From contig NIVC01000782.1 in the NCBI GenBank assembly GCA_002269645.1, positions 1 to 64,000 of the forward strand: 64,000 nt of DNA, written 5' to 3'. The translations under genes and the position numbers were made by a program. How positions within the stretch are numbered: position 1 is the stretch's first letter; each line of letters begins with the position of its first letter. The DNA is from Macrostomum lignano (lineage: Eukaryota). The notes under the pieces were generated by a model. It saw only the letters and a list, made by a program, of their open reading frames with translations, did not search any database and had not been told where the DNA came from. Shown in pieces: positions 51,630 through 64,000 of this stretch.

Positions 51630-52667
51630 ATGCCGAACCAGCGAGACATCGTTGTTGACTTCTTCAAGGCTGGCAAGTCTGCAGCAGAATGCATGCGGCA
51701 CCTGCAGGACATCCACCAGCATGAAGCCATGTCGCGGAGTCAAGTTTACCATATTTTCGGCCAACTGCGATCTGGTCACGATGGCTCTGATGGTCGCGGC
51801 AAGAACCGGGACCCAACCGTACGGACTTCCGCGAACATCCAAACCGTGGCCGCGCTGATCCAGCAGGACAGGCGCCTTACCGTCAGGGAGCTGGCAGATG
51901 AATCAGGGATCCCTAAGACCACTGTCCATGACATTCTAGTGCAAGATCTCCATCTCAAGCATGTGTCTGCCAGGTGGGTCCCTCACCTGCTCACTGCTGA
52001 GAACCGGGCGGAGCGGGTCCGCTGTGCCCAGGAGTTCCTCCGGATGATGAGGCAGGAGCCTGGCTTCCTCCGGCGAATCATCACGGCTGATGAAACCTGG
52101 CTGCACTACGTGACACCAGAGACCGAGAACCAGTCCAGGCAGAGGGCCGAACGGGATGCCAAGGCACTAACAAAGTCCCAGGTGTCTCTGAGCACCAGAA
52201 AAACAATGGCTGTTGTGTTTTTCGACTCACACGGCATGGTGTACACCCATCACGTCCCACAAGCCGAGACTGTCAACAGTGTCTACTACTGCTCCGTGCT
52301 GGACACCTTGATTGAGCAAATTCGACAAAAGAGGCCGAACATGGTGCAGGCTGGGTGGTTCCTCCATCATGACAATGCGCCCCCTCACGCGTCGGGCCAC
52401 ACCAGGGAATTCCTGGCCAGGAGACGCATCCGAGTGGTTCCGCACCCGCCAAATTCGCCTGATTTGGCACCTGCAGACTTCTGGTTGTTCCCGCATATCA
52501 GAAGCAACTTTGCTGGACGCAGGTTTGACACCTTTCAGGAGGTGAAGAATGCATGGGAGGGGGTCACCGCCTCCATGGCCGCAAACCTGTACGTTGAGGC
52601 CTTCAACAAGTGGCAGTTGAGATGGCAACGCTGCACTGAGAAGGATGGCGACTATGTTGAAAAGTGA
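51630..52667 (+). CDS. Mariner (DD34D) transposase, intact 345-aa ORF
   Basis: N-terminal HTH region, WVPHLL, TADETW, HHDNAPPH and NSPDLAPADFWLF, with 34 residues between the last two catalytic Asp. Confidence 0.95.
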   Translation: MPNQRDIVVDFFKAGKSAAECMRHLQDIHQHEAMSRSQVYHIFGQLRSGHDGSDGRGKNRDPTVRTSANIQTVAALIQQDRRLTVRELADESGIPKTTVHDILVQDLHLKHVSARWVPHLLTAENRAERVRCAQEFLRMMRQEPGFLRRIITADETWLHYVTPETENQSRQRAERDAKALTKSQVSLSTRKTMAVVFFDSHGMVYTHHVPQAETVNSVYYCSVLDTLIEQIRQKRPNMVQAGWFLHHDNAPPHASGHTREFLARRRIRVVPHPPNSPDLAPADFWLFPHIRSNFAGRRFDTFQEVKNAWEGVTASMAANLYVEAFNKWQLRWQRCTEKDGDYVEK

Positions 52668-53214
52668 TTCCTTAGTTACAGCAGCTGTCCATTCTTACTC
52701 TTGTCTTTCATCTTTTTCTGATACGCTCAGTCGGGTAAAAAAACTTTTTTTCTGAATTCTTTGATGCCTCACACACAGCTTGCTCTGGCACACGTTTTCC
52801 TGCAATCTTTGGCTTACTTGACAGAAAGACTTCCAAACCCTCAGGTACAGAATACTATTCAAAGCAGTGCTTTTTATAGTCAACGAGAACGTCTTTTAGA
52901 GGGGTAGGCTTTTCCATTTCCAGATAGGCTTGGCAAAGGCTTGGGCCAATTGGGCATCCACTTCATTGGCACGTGGAGGAGGCGGGGGTCGCTGCGGTTG
53001 CAACGGCGGGCATCCACAATTGGCTGCTTCTGCAGAAAAAGTACTGCAGATTTCACTGCGGGGAAAGGAGACAGGCAAGACAGAGCTGGCACGTAACAAA
53101 CTTGCATACAGAGGCCTAAATAGCTCACGCGCAGCCCCTCAACCCAGCCAAGCAGCCACCCTGCTATAGCAGTTCAATCGCCCTCTCGAGACATCGTGTG
53201 CAGCGATGTTGCTT

Positions 53215-53397
53215 TCGGGTCGCCACACACACCCTCAATTACCCCAGCTAATGCTAGCACCCATTTAGCTGGCTACAGCTGGGTGAGAACGGAAGGAATG
53301 CTGAGTCTCGCTCAAGGACACAAATTGTTCCGAGGGATCGGAAATCGATCCCCCAACCTTCAAGTCGTGACTCCGATGCTCTAATCACTAGACTACA
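53215..53397 (-). mobile_element. tRNA-derived SINE (diverged)
   Basis: GCTCAAGGACACAAATTGTTCCGAG...CTTCAAGTCGTGA...CACTAGACTACA matches the other copies. A partial plus-strand piece lies at ~53930-53995. Confidence 0.72.
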
Positions 53398-54106
53398 ACC
53401 CTGGAAGAGATCAAAGAGATCAAAGCCAAGAAGCTGCTCTAAACTTCTGTTTAATTTTTCGAATAATTTTGATTCGTTTCGTTTGAATGGTGGCGTTTTA
53501 AGACGCATGTCGAATTCTCACGTGCAGCATCTGCAGAGCATCATCATCGATATGAGTGTATTTTGGCTTTTAACGCGACATCAACAGAATTAAGAAATGA
53601 ATTTAAGTGATTTGTATAAATGTAAGCTCAATATTTGGCATATCTAATACAAGCAAAGTTGTATGTTGTATGTGAGTGACACTGATTCACACATTGAGAT
53701 GCAGGTGCAATCGCTCAGCCGCTTCTCTCTGAAAAGCTGGGGAAAGACTTGATTGTATGTCAGCATGCAATCAGGGCTGTCAGGCCTTCACTATGGTAAT
53801 TTTTAAGCAACAGAAGCTTACAACCCACCTGCCAATCTGCCAGAGACCGGCATGGACTCTGCGTTACGATGGGGCTGCACGTGACTGTCGGGCTGCTGAC
53901 TGTCGGGCTGTACGCTGATTACATCGGAGTCGGGCTGGAACAATTTGTGTCCTTTAGCCAGACAGCATTGCTTCACTTCAGCCAGTTGTATAATGGGTTA
54001 CATAATTATTATAATTATAATTAATAATTAGCATTAGCATTAGCACCAATTATACAGCTGTTTTAGATGAATATTGTGTTGTTTTGCTCCCTATAACGTG
54101 CTGTTG

Positions 54107-54290
54107 GGGTCACCAACTCCATGGCCGCAAACCTGTAAGCTGAGGCCTTCAACAAGTGGCAGTTGAGATGGCAGCGCTACATTGAGAAGGGTGGCTACTA
54201 GTGTTGAAAAGTGCCGTTTGTTCTGCTTCTGTTGTTTCTTGGATTCCTGATTACAGCACCTGTCCGATATTTCACCGGACAACATCGGAC
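54107..54290 (+). mobile_element. Degenerate fragment of the mariner 3' end
   Basis: GGGGTCACC...GAGGCCTTCAACAAGTGGCAGTTGAGATGGCA...GTTGAAAAGTG matches 52560-52667. Confidence 0.85.
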
Positions 54291-56336
54291 TCAGAATGCT
54301 AATAGAATATTAGAATAAGTGAATTACAGCAAGCAGAACAATGTAAAAGATTTGAAAATAGAAAAACAGTAGAATTTTCTATTTTTAGCACCGCTAGAAG
54401 CCATACGCTGCGCCGGCAAAACCGTGGAAAGACCCCCCGAAATGGAAATTCCAGTGGAAAGACTAGGATTCTAGCTCCGTCCGTCCGTCCGGGCCGTGCC
54501 GTCCGTGCCGGATTTAGTGTCCGGGCTAAATATATATTCCAACACACTTACATGTAAGCTTAAGCATTCAGCTCGATCATCGACACATCGCAAATCAGCC
54601 ATCGTTGCGGCCAGCAATGCCAGCAGCAGACGTCAGCGAGCAGCTCAGCAGCAGCCCGACAGCCACCTCCAGCCCCATCGTTGCGGCCTGGGACGCAGAG
54701 CTCATGGCAGATTCGCAGGTTGGTTTTTGAGCTTCTGTGATTCTCAAGCATTAGTGAGGCTTGACAGCCCTGAGTGCATGCTGAAATCCCTGAATTTCCT
54801 GAATCCCTGAATATTTTTCTGTGAAATCCGGCTTTTCAGAGACCTTCGCAACCTGCTGGCTGAGCGATGGCAGCTGCATCTCAATTTGTGTAAATCACAC
54901 TATGATTAGATGCATCAAATCTTTGACTTTTTTCCTAAATTCATGTACAAATTCTGTTAATAGCCCGCGCGTTAAAAGCCAAAATACACTCCTACCGATT
55001 CGATCGATGATGAGCTGCAGCTGCACTGCAGGTGTGAATTCGCCATGCGTCTGAAACCACCCAGAATTAATCGATTGATCGACTTTGTCAATCGGGCACA
55101 CATAAACAAAGCTGAGAACAACAGACACATCACATGCACATCACATGCATTTGTACCTATAAATAGTTTATTGAATGGAGAAAAAATGCTTAAAATGAAT
55201 TTTTTATTAACTCTGAAATTTAATTTAAACATGTGTTAAAAAATGACGTGCATTTGCGCCTAGCATAGAAAATGGAAGCCATATTCCTAATTTAAAATCA
55301 CTTATTCTTCCATGTTAGCCAGACAATCAGGTAAGTCGGAAGACGTTCCTAGTTAAAGTAGGAAGACGGAAGAATTGTTTAGTTTAATGAGCGTCGCGGA
55401 AATTTAGGAGTTATGTCCGAATTTATCTACTGCGGTTAGTAGTGCGCAAAGTTTTTTGCAGTAGCAGTAAATGTGGAATTTCATATTTAGAAGCCCTGAC
55501 GCCAAATCTCAGCCGTTTTTTGCCCGCCGGAGCAACGCTAACTCTCACACTATTAAATTTAACAATAGTACATAACTCTTATCACGGATACAAGTCTGTT
55601 TAATGACAAAAACGTAGAATTTTTTCTTAATTTTTACACGGTCTCCAATCTCGATTATTTCTTTATTTAATTTTAACCATAATGCAAGAAAAATGAACAG
55701 TGAGCAGTTGGAGATGCGAGTGGGATATCACTCCAGCAGCAATTCACTGTAAAACATGTGTAACCAATGAATTATTAATTGTGTTAGGTCAATATGATTT
55801 TCATATCTTATATTTTTGCGGCGTAGGTAAGCGGAGTATTTGAGAATTGCCCCTCAGTCATTACTCCTGGACAGCCTGGACAGTCTCTTAACTCGAGAAT
55901 TTCTCAACTCAGGAGAAAACCCCGCGTGGGCTAAAAATAGACTTCTGCGTGCACGGAGCTGCGGCAAATCCACGGCTTTTCCGCCTGCCACAGAGTTGTG
56001 CTAAGTGCAGTTTTATAAGCACTTCGGAACAAACATTTCGCTGGAGAAAATGCAGTTTTCTTGTCGATTTTCAACACTCCAACTGAGCACCTTCAGTTTA
56101 TTTAAAACAATTAAAACATTTCGACAGAGCATTCAACTGAGAATGAAGCAGATCGCAAATGCAGTCTGAATGCCTGACAGTAGTATGCAAAGGCTATTAT
56201 TATTATTATTGATAGAAATGGCACATTTAACATTGCAATCGCATTCACCTATTAGAATAGACGCAATCAGGCTTTGAGTCCGGGCCGATATGTATCGAAA
56301 AGACCCAGCATGCAGTGCGAATTGCAGCCTGAGTGA

Positions 56337-57573
<1,237 letters not shown>

Positions 57574-60500
57574 CAAGGAATTCTAAACCTAGCAAGTCTG
57601 GAATGGACACTCTAATTGGCTGAATACCAAATAGGGCCGACTATTCCACTGCACCCCCTCGGCCAGCGAGTGAATCATGCGTATGTCTGGGGCATGAGCA
57701 TACAAATAACAAAATAATTGAACAATTCTATTCCATTCTATTGCTAGTAATAACTATATATTGAAAGCATGCCATTACTAATATTAGAATTATTCTGCTC
57801 GACTTGCAAAAAAGACGCTGATTCATGTTTCATTGCAGTCGATTTTTTATATTATTTATCTCGATTCACACGATTCATACACAAGGACTTTTTAGTAACA
57901 TGTAATGAACCTAAAAGTAACAGCGCATAATATCAAGCTTTCAAAACTTGATTGGGATTACAATAAGAAAAGGTTGGTAGTGAAAGATATAATTCGTTTA
58001 AATATTGCATCTTGCTGATAAGAAGTGAGTCTTCTGCGTATCGCACGTCTGTAGTAAATGGCTACACCGCTGGTAAGCATAAAATGTGTAGAGAGCAAAG
58101 CAATGACGACAAAAATTACGCAAACAAGTACAGGCACAAAATTCAGTGGCATAGGGCACACAATGGACCAAAAGTATTTAGTAAAGAAGGAAAAGTTTAT
58201 CTTTGTTGCATGCATTATCAAATTGAGCAAGAGAAATCTTATATTCCATTAATTTGTACTTGGGTACCAATTAGCCAATAGACCACATATACGGCACGGC
58301 ATAGCAATCCAGCCACAAAGTCTCTAAATTTAAAGCATTATATTCATACTCACATACAGGTCTTCACTTCTTGCCACCAGAGCTCGTCAGTTTCTTGAGC
58401 TTCCGTTGAAGAGCAGCTGTGGCATCAACCTGATTGATCTGCTTGGTCATGTTCTTAGCCATGCAGTTGAAGAAGCGGTTTGTCACTTCCTGCACCAATT
58501 CGTGGCCGTTAGTACAGTGGGTGCGGCCGAATAGGATCTGGTACGAGTAGTTGTCAGCAAGCACCAGGTCCATCACGTGGTAGAACAGGGCTCTCTGGTT
58601 AGCAGCTGACAGGAATTTGTCCCTTAGCTTAGGAGTGCTCTTGACCTCCATGAATGTGCGCCAGCACATGATGCCCAGCTGGAACAGGTGCTCCTGTGGC
58701 CAGAGGAGGCCCCCTCTGTCAACTTCGGCCAGGAAGTCGGATGCATCCTTTACTTGCTGAGGTTCCTCGAAGTCAAAGACAGCTGACGGCGTGTCGCAGA
58801 CCAGAGTCTCTCTGCACGACTCACATTTCTTCGTCCTCACCAGGGAGCGAGCACAGAAACCACAGACATAGTAAATAATGACCAAGTCGCTTTTTTCAGG
58901 AGTGAAGTTGTAGAGCAGCTCGCTGTGAATCTCCTCCGCCAGCTTTAACTGACCTTGGTCCAGTCTGCTCGTCTGCTGTAGTGCACAGTCGATGTCCTTC
59001 ACTGTGAGTCCAGAGTATTTAAGCAGGGAGATGGCTTTGATTTTCTTGTCGCTGTCCGTCAGCTGGCGCATGGAAATGAAGTAGTTTCCGCCACTGAGCT
59101 GACGAATCCAGCCGAATCTTGCTTCGATGTTGTCGGACTGAATCTTCCCCATCAGGACGTAGCTAAATCCGCAGCAATCCAGCAGGTACTGAACCAGTGC
59201 AGCCATGGCTCGGCAGGTTTGACGGACAGCCCCGAATGTGTACGCTGTCAAGCCAGCCGTCTAAAAAATTGAAAGAAGATTACATGTATTTACTAATCAA
59301 ATGTGCATTCGTCTTTCTAACCAACCATGCTTTATGAATATTATTTGTATACATATTGCATCCGTTACAAAAACTTCAGGTTTTGTAATAAATAAAAGTA
59401 AGGTGATAATTTTGATAAATCTATTTTTCAAAATAAAGAAGTGGCACTAACCTTTGAGTTCTCCCACGTTTCCAAAAAGTCCGCGAACTCCTTTAGGTAT
59501 GTCAGTTTCCAATCCAAAGAAGATCGGACAGGATCGCGGGTGAGATCTCTCTTGTGCTTTCCGATTGTGGTTGTTCGGACATTCAGCACATTCCACAGCT
59601 TGTGACAAACTTCCAGAACGGACGCTGTCTGTCGAAAGCCGTAGTGCTTGAGTGCGTTGATGGTGGACTCGTGGAAGAGAGCTACGGCAAGCTGGACATT
59701 GACTTTCTCTAGGCTTGTTGGGTGCAGAACGACGTTGGTAAGCTTGTGTGCCATTTTCACCGGCTTGTCCTCTTCCAAATGGTAGACACTCTCGACGTCA
59801 GCAAACAGAGCACGAGAGGATTCGGCAATGATCGGCGGAAACTTTGGGCACACGAACTCCCTTTTGGACAGAAAGTTGTTGTAGAGATTCTTCAGATTGT
59901 GCGTGGGATCGAAGATCAAAAACAAGTTTTGTCCGTTGAATTGATTCGTCACGCTGACATCGAGTCTACCGGAGCACAAGAAGTGTGTATAGAAACGCCT
60001 GTTCGCTGCCGCATTGTCGACGCATATGGCCACGACGTTGAATCCAATGTTGTGCAGCATCGGCATGACTCTCAGGTAGCACTGATGCAGTGTCTCAGCC
60101 TTCAGGTTGTTCATTGGGAAAATTCCGACCAAGTCGCGGTACTTTGTCATTGCCGATTTCACCATGAAGCACAGAGCAGTCTGGGCAACATTTCCCTCTT
60201 CTGTGAGACCATGCAATTCTCCACCGCTCATCTCTACCCGCTTGCTGAGATAAATCTCATCAATCAGCAGGATTACGTTGGTCTCATAGGCCTGAAGTGT
60301 GTCGTAGCGCAACTTAAGATATTCCCGGTTGCCCAATCCTGTAGTCGAGTCCATCCTCCGCGTCACACGCCTCAGCGTTTTGATTGAAGGTAGAACTAAG
60401 GAATTTGTCTCCAGAACACGCTGATAAGCAGCTGAACTCACGGAGAACAGAATATAGGAGAATACCAGCAGTTCTGGTGAGTATCGCCGAGCATGCTTGT

Positions 60501-61874
60501 CCACATCCAGCAATTTCAGCTGCTCAATCAGGAAAGTGAGGCAAGTTGAGGCTGCATCAGTCACGTGGTCTTGCTGTTGGAGAAGCTCCAGACTCTCAAG
60601 AGCTGCTTGCTTGTGATCCACAGCAAGACTGTCTGATTCAAAAGCACTCTTAACAAATGCCATAAGGTTCATCAGCTGAGAAGAGGAGCTTAAAAAAGCG
60701 CTCTCCGGCGAAATGATGTGACCGTATTGCTTCGGTGACACAACTTGCTTGCCGTGGTAGACAGCGACTTCCAGTCTGCTGTTCACGATGATGCTGCTCT
60801 TGACTGTCGGGGGTGGACCGGGAGCCATAAGCATGAGATTAATTGAACCAGCAGATTGAAAGATGGCGAATCCAGATGGTGCAGGTTCAGTAGCAAACCG
60901 AGCCGCCACATCGTCGAGAGTAGTGAGAGTCTCACCCGCAAAAAATTCTTGCTCTCGCTTCTCCTGCTGTGCAATGCTTGCTTCATGACGCTGCGCTGAC
61001 GTAGCTCTGTTTGACCTCACGACTGGTGGATTTTTTGTAAAGTAGGCTGGCATGGAGGTGGTCTGAAACTGCGTTGGGACTGCATCCTCCTTGAGCCGTC
61101 TTTTAGTGCGAGTGACTCCATTGTCTGTCTTTGCCCTCTTCCGAGATGAATTGCAGTCCTGATAGTCGGTGATGAAGTCCGATTCGACAAAATGCAGAGA
61201 GCAGACTCGGGAATGCTGAGTGGGTTGAAAAGTTGGTTCTCGGGACAGGTTGCGTAGCCATTTGGCCAAAACTTCAGCTTCAGTAGGAAACTTTTGGAAC
61301 GAAATTTCCGCCGAATTTGTTGTAGAGGCATAGCCTGATTTGCAACCGAAGGCTGCACACTTGCTTGGCATTGCAATTTAATGATCAAATGTTGGTGCTT
61401 TCCGCAGGTTCTAGACAGAGCTCCAAAGTGGTCTTCTGTGTCTTGCCTCTGCCCAAATAAAGAGGCTCTTCTTTATAACTTATGGGGCCTAGTAATTCAG
61501 TGATGAGTCAAGTGAGCGTACATGTACATGGATGTACTATGGGTATAGTGCTTGGCCCCCCATAAACCCCCTGCCCTTCCCAGTAAGTCAGGAATGGGGG
61601 TCGTACACCAGAGACATGCGCCAGCTTGATTTCGGTTCCTCCGTCCCTCAATTCGTACTAACCCTTTTAATTTGTAGGATCTAGGTTCCCCTGTACATTT
61701 TGGGAAGTTGGACAATGGACAGGCCCAAATATAGAGCCGGCCCAGGCAGGCAGGCTCAAAAAAGACGGTTGGGAAGCAAGGGAGGAGCCTTTTTCAGGCG
61801 GCCCTATTTGGTATCGGTTTTTCCTTCCTCTTTGTGAGTGTCTATTCCAGACTTGCTAGGTTTAGAATTCCTTG
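57574..61874 (-). mobile_element. Complete P-superfamily DNA transposon (4301 bp)
   Basis: 31-bp perfect TIR CAAGGAATTCTAAACCTAGCAAGTCTGGAAT (39 bp with one mismatch); 7-bp TSD GGCCAGC at 57567-57573 and 61875-61881; 16-bp subterminal inverted repeat ATACCAAATAGGGCCG (57624-57639 / 61799-61814); contains the transposase gene. Confidence 0.93.
58364..61371 (-). CDS. P-element/THAP9-like transposase, 938 aa, two exons
   Basis: Exon1 61371-59452: THAP domain MPSKCAAFGC...FP...W...VCSLHF, then IDEIY, CVDNAAAN, FDPTHNLKN. Phase-0 intron (AAG|GTTAGT...TTTTAG|ACG). Exon2 59260-58364: QSDNIEARFGWIRQLSGGNY. No stops. Confidence 0.93.
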
Positions 61875-64000
61875 GGCCAGCTGTACGAGCCTGGGGTGGG
61901 TGTATTTTTAGCACGCCTGGAGTTCTACAGTCTGGTTTTCTGTCTGCCCGGCCGTGCCTAGGCGCTCCGCCCCTCCGCTCGCCGCCCACGCAAATGATAC
62001 AGCCAAGGACGACTTAAGTAGACGGACGGGAAACCTCGTTTCTTAGAAATTTTAGAAGGCAGGTGTTTCCGAAAAAATACACTACGGAGATAAAAAGTTT
62101 TCATTTTTTCAGCACAAAAGTTGTTATTGCTTTCGATAAGAGGCCGATCCAGTGTTCATTTTTGATATGTTGCACAATGACGTCACCACACAGCAGTAAA
62201 TTGGCGAGTTTTGCTATGTTTCCAAACTTACCATGACATGACTTGCTTGAGGCAATCTTCCTAATAAACTTGCGGTCTAATCATTTTCAAGTTAAACAAG
62301 TTTTGCATGTCTCAAAGAGAGGAGGTTGATTGGAGACTTCGAACTGTAGAGAGCAGTGTTCTCCTTGCTTGCTGTTGTCCAGCTCTCCCTTCGTGCTGCG
62401 AGTCTGCCTGCAGCCCGGAGCAGGGCTCGCCATTTTCTCTCAGGTCAACCAGTCTGCCTGGTGTATTTCTATTGCTCAACAGGGTAGGGGCTGCGAAGGG
62501 GGGTCTTAGAAATCGAAGCTTAGTTGCAGCGCTTGTGGAAGAAATTCTTAGAGTTTATCCAATCAACAACAATTACCGATCAGACTCAGACTCCGAGTCC
62601 AAGACCCGAGCGGTAGCAGCAGCAGTGGATGACTCCAGAGAGCTTTTTTGTCCCTTTTCCACAATTTCAGACCCGCGAACTTTGATTTTGATCACACAGA
62701 CAGCTGACATGTAGACTGTCACATTAATTTAAAACTTGGCAATGGAGTTGGTCAGTAAACAATCCACAGAGAGTGTACAAGTGCCGCTGTACACCCAGTC
62801 AGAGTGTGTGTATGAGGATGCTGCATGCGTATTGGCGCGCTTGTATGGTGTGCTCAGAAGTCAGAGAAATGAGCAGAATTGCCGTCAGTGCTGTATGTGA
62901 GATAAGGTGGCCCACATTCACCTGCGAATATATTAATATTAAAAGCACTTGCACTTACTTACTGACCCTCAACTAAAAGTTTATCCTTGGTTGTACTGGG
63001 CGCACCTAAATAGGGGCAGTGTATTTGAAATAAAAACGGTGGCAGTGTAAGGCACAACATAGCAAATTCTTCTTATCAAGATTTACAACACAGAGTTGAA
63101 TAAGAAGCGAAGTTAGCCATTAAAAGAGGCCAATAATAAGCTGCATCTCATTATTCTGGTAAACAATAAATGAAAAATACTTTATTCACGGTCTTTAATA
63201 AGTATAACAATAAAGTTCATAAGGCCCAGGATTGTAACCGCAGTCGCGTCGGGATCTGCACCGCGTCCCAGCCAGCGACGGTGCCGCTCCACGTCGCTGT
63301 CGGCGATGCGAGCTTCTGACGCCATGGACGACTCTGCTGGACTGCCGCTGGCTCTGACGAGCTGCTGAAAACAGATCTGACTGTTAACAGCACAGTGGCT
63401 AAATACGAGTTACGGAATGGCACCGGCCCGAATTGTCACAGCTGTCATTGGCTGGCTGCAGGAGTCTCAGTGCAGCCAGCGTGGCTATAGCACAGACGGC
63501 GACCCTGTCCCTGGATGTACCATTGTTAGTAGCTGCTGAATAGCTTTTTGCGTGGGTGTTAGGACTGAGAAATTGTAAAGAATAAGAGAATGAAAGAAGT
63601 AGCTAGAAAGCGGGACTTCATGCAGGCAATTCCGCGGTAAACCCACGGTTTTTCTCACGCTTTTGCTACGAGCGTACAAATAGCCTGGCTGGCTGGAAAT
63701 ATTGGCCCTGCCGTTGAGCAACTGCTTCGAACTTGAAAAACCACCCTATGCACTGTTTGAGCTGCGCACATTGAATTTTGCTTATCACACAATCGGACAC
63801 TTACAGTCGCTGTGGATCTTGTGGTGATGCTTGTGGTGTCTGAGGGATATGGGTGTGGCGTTTGAGGGTGATTTTTGTGGAGTCGGATTGCGATTTTGTG
63901 CATGGGATCAAGCTAAGTCAAAGACTTCGAGTCCAGAACCCCAGCAATGCCAGCAGCAGACGACGTTAGCGAGCAGCTCCGGCAGCTGCCCGACAGCCAC

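Noticed and set aside
31879-53397. tRNA genes at the A/B-box sites
   Set aside because: No complete cloverleaf; the boxes run into a shared SINE core and occur as diverged dispersed copies.

Overview
Eukaryotic (metazoan) genomic DNA with GT-AG introns, GC-rich exons, AT-rich spacers and many minisatellites. It resembles the flatworm Macrostomum lignano, but that is an impression from composition, not a database result. The first ~48 kb is a cluster of small secreted proteins in which a PAN/Apple-like module is paired with different glycan-binding domains: PAN+LamG/ConA-like (508-1612, one frameshift), PAN+F-type lectin (16239-17355), and a tandem family of WSC+PAN genes. That family has six intact two-exon copies (labelled B, C, D, E, G, I) and four damaged ones (A, F, H, J). 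In the intact copies a divergent WSC exon (415-433 nt) joins through a phase-1 intron to a 245-nt PAN exon whose 3' half is nearly identical in D, E, G, H and I. The last nine codons of that exon are also the unit of a 28-bp minisatellite of variable copy number; the stop codon forms at the unit junction. The rest is transposon-rich: an apparently complete P-superfamily element (57574-61874; 31-bp perfect TIRs, 7-bp TSD, intact spliced 938-aa THAP transposase), an intact DD34D mariner ORF, BEL/Pao and gag remnants, LOA/R1-like and RTE LINE fragments, a solo LTR, a hAT-type MITE and tRNA-derived SINEs. Exon boundaries and counts were worked out by hand.
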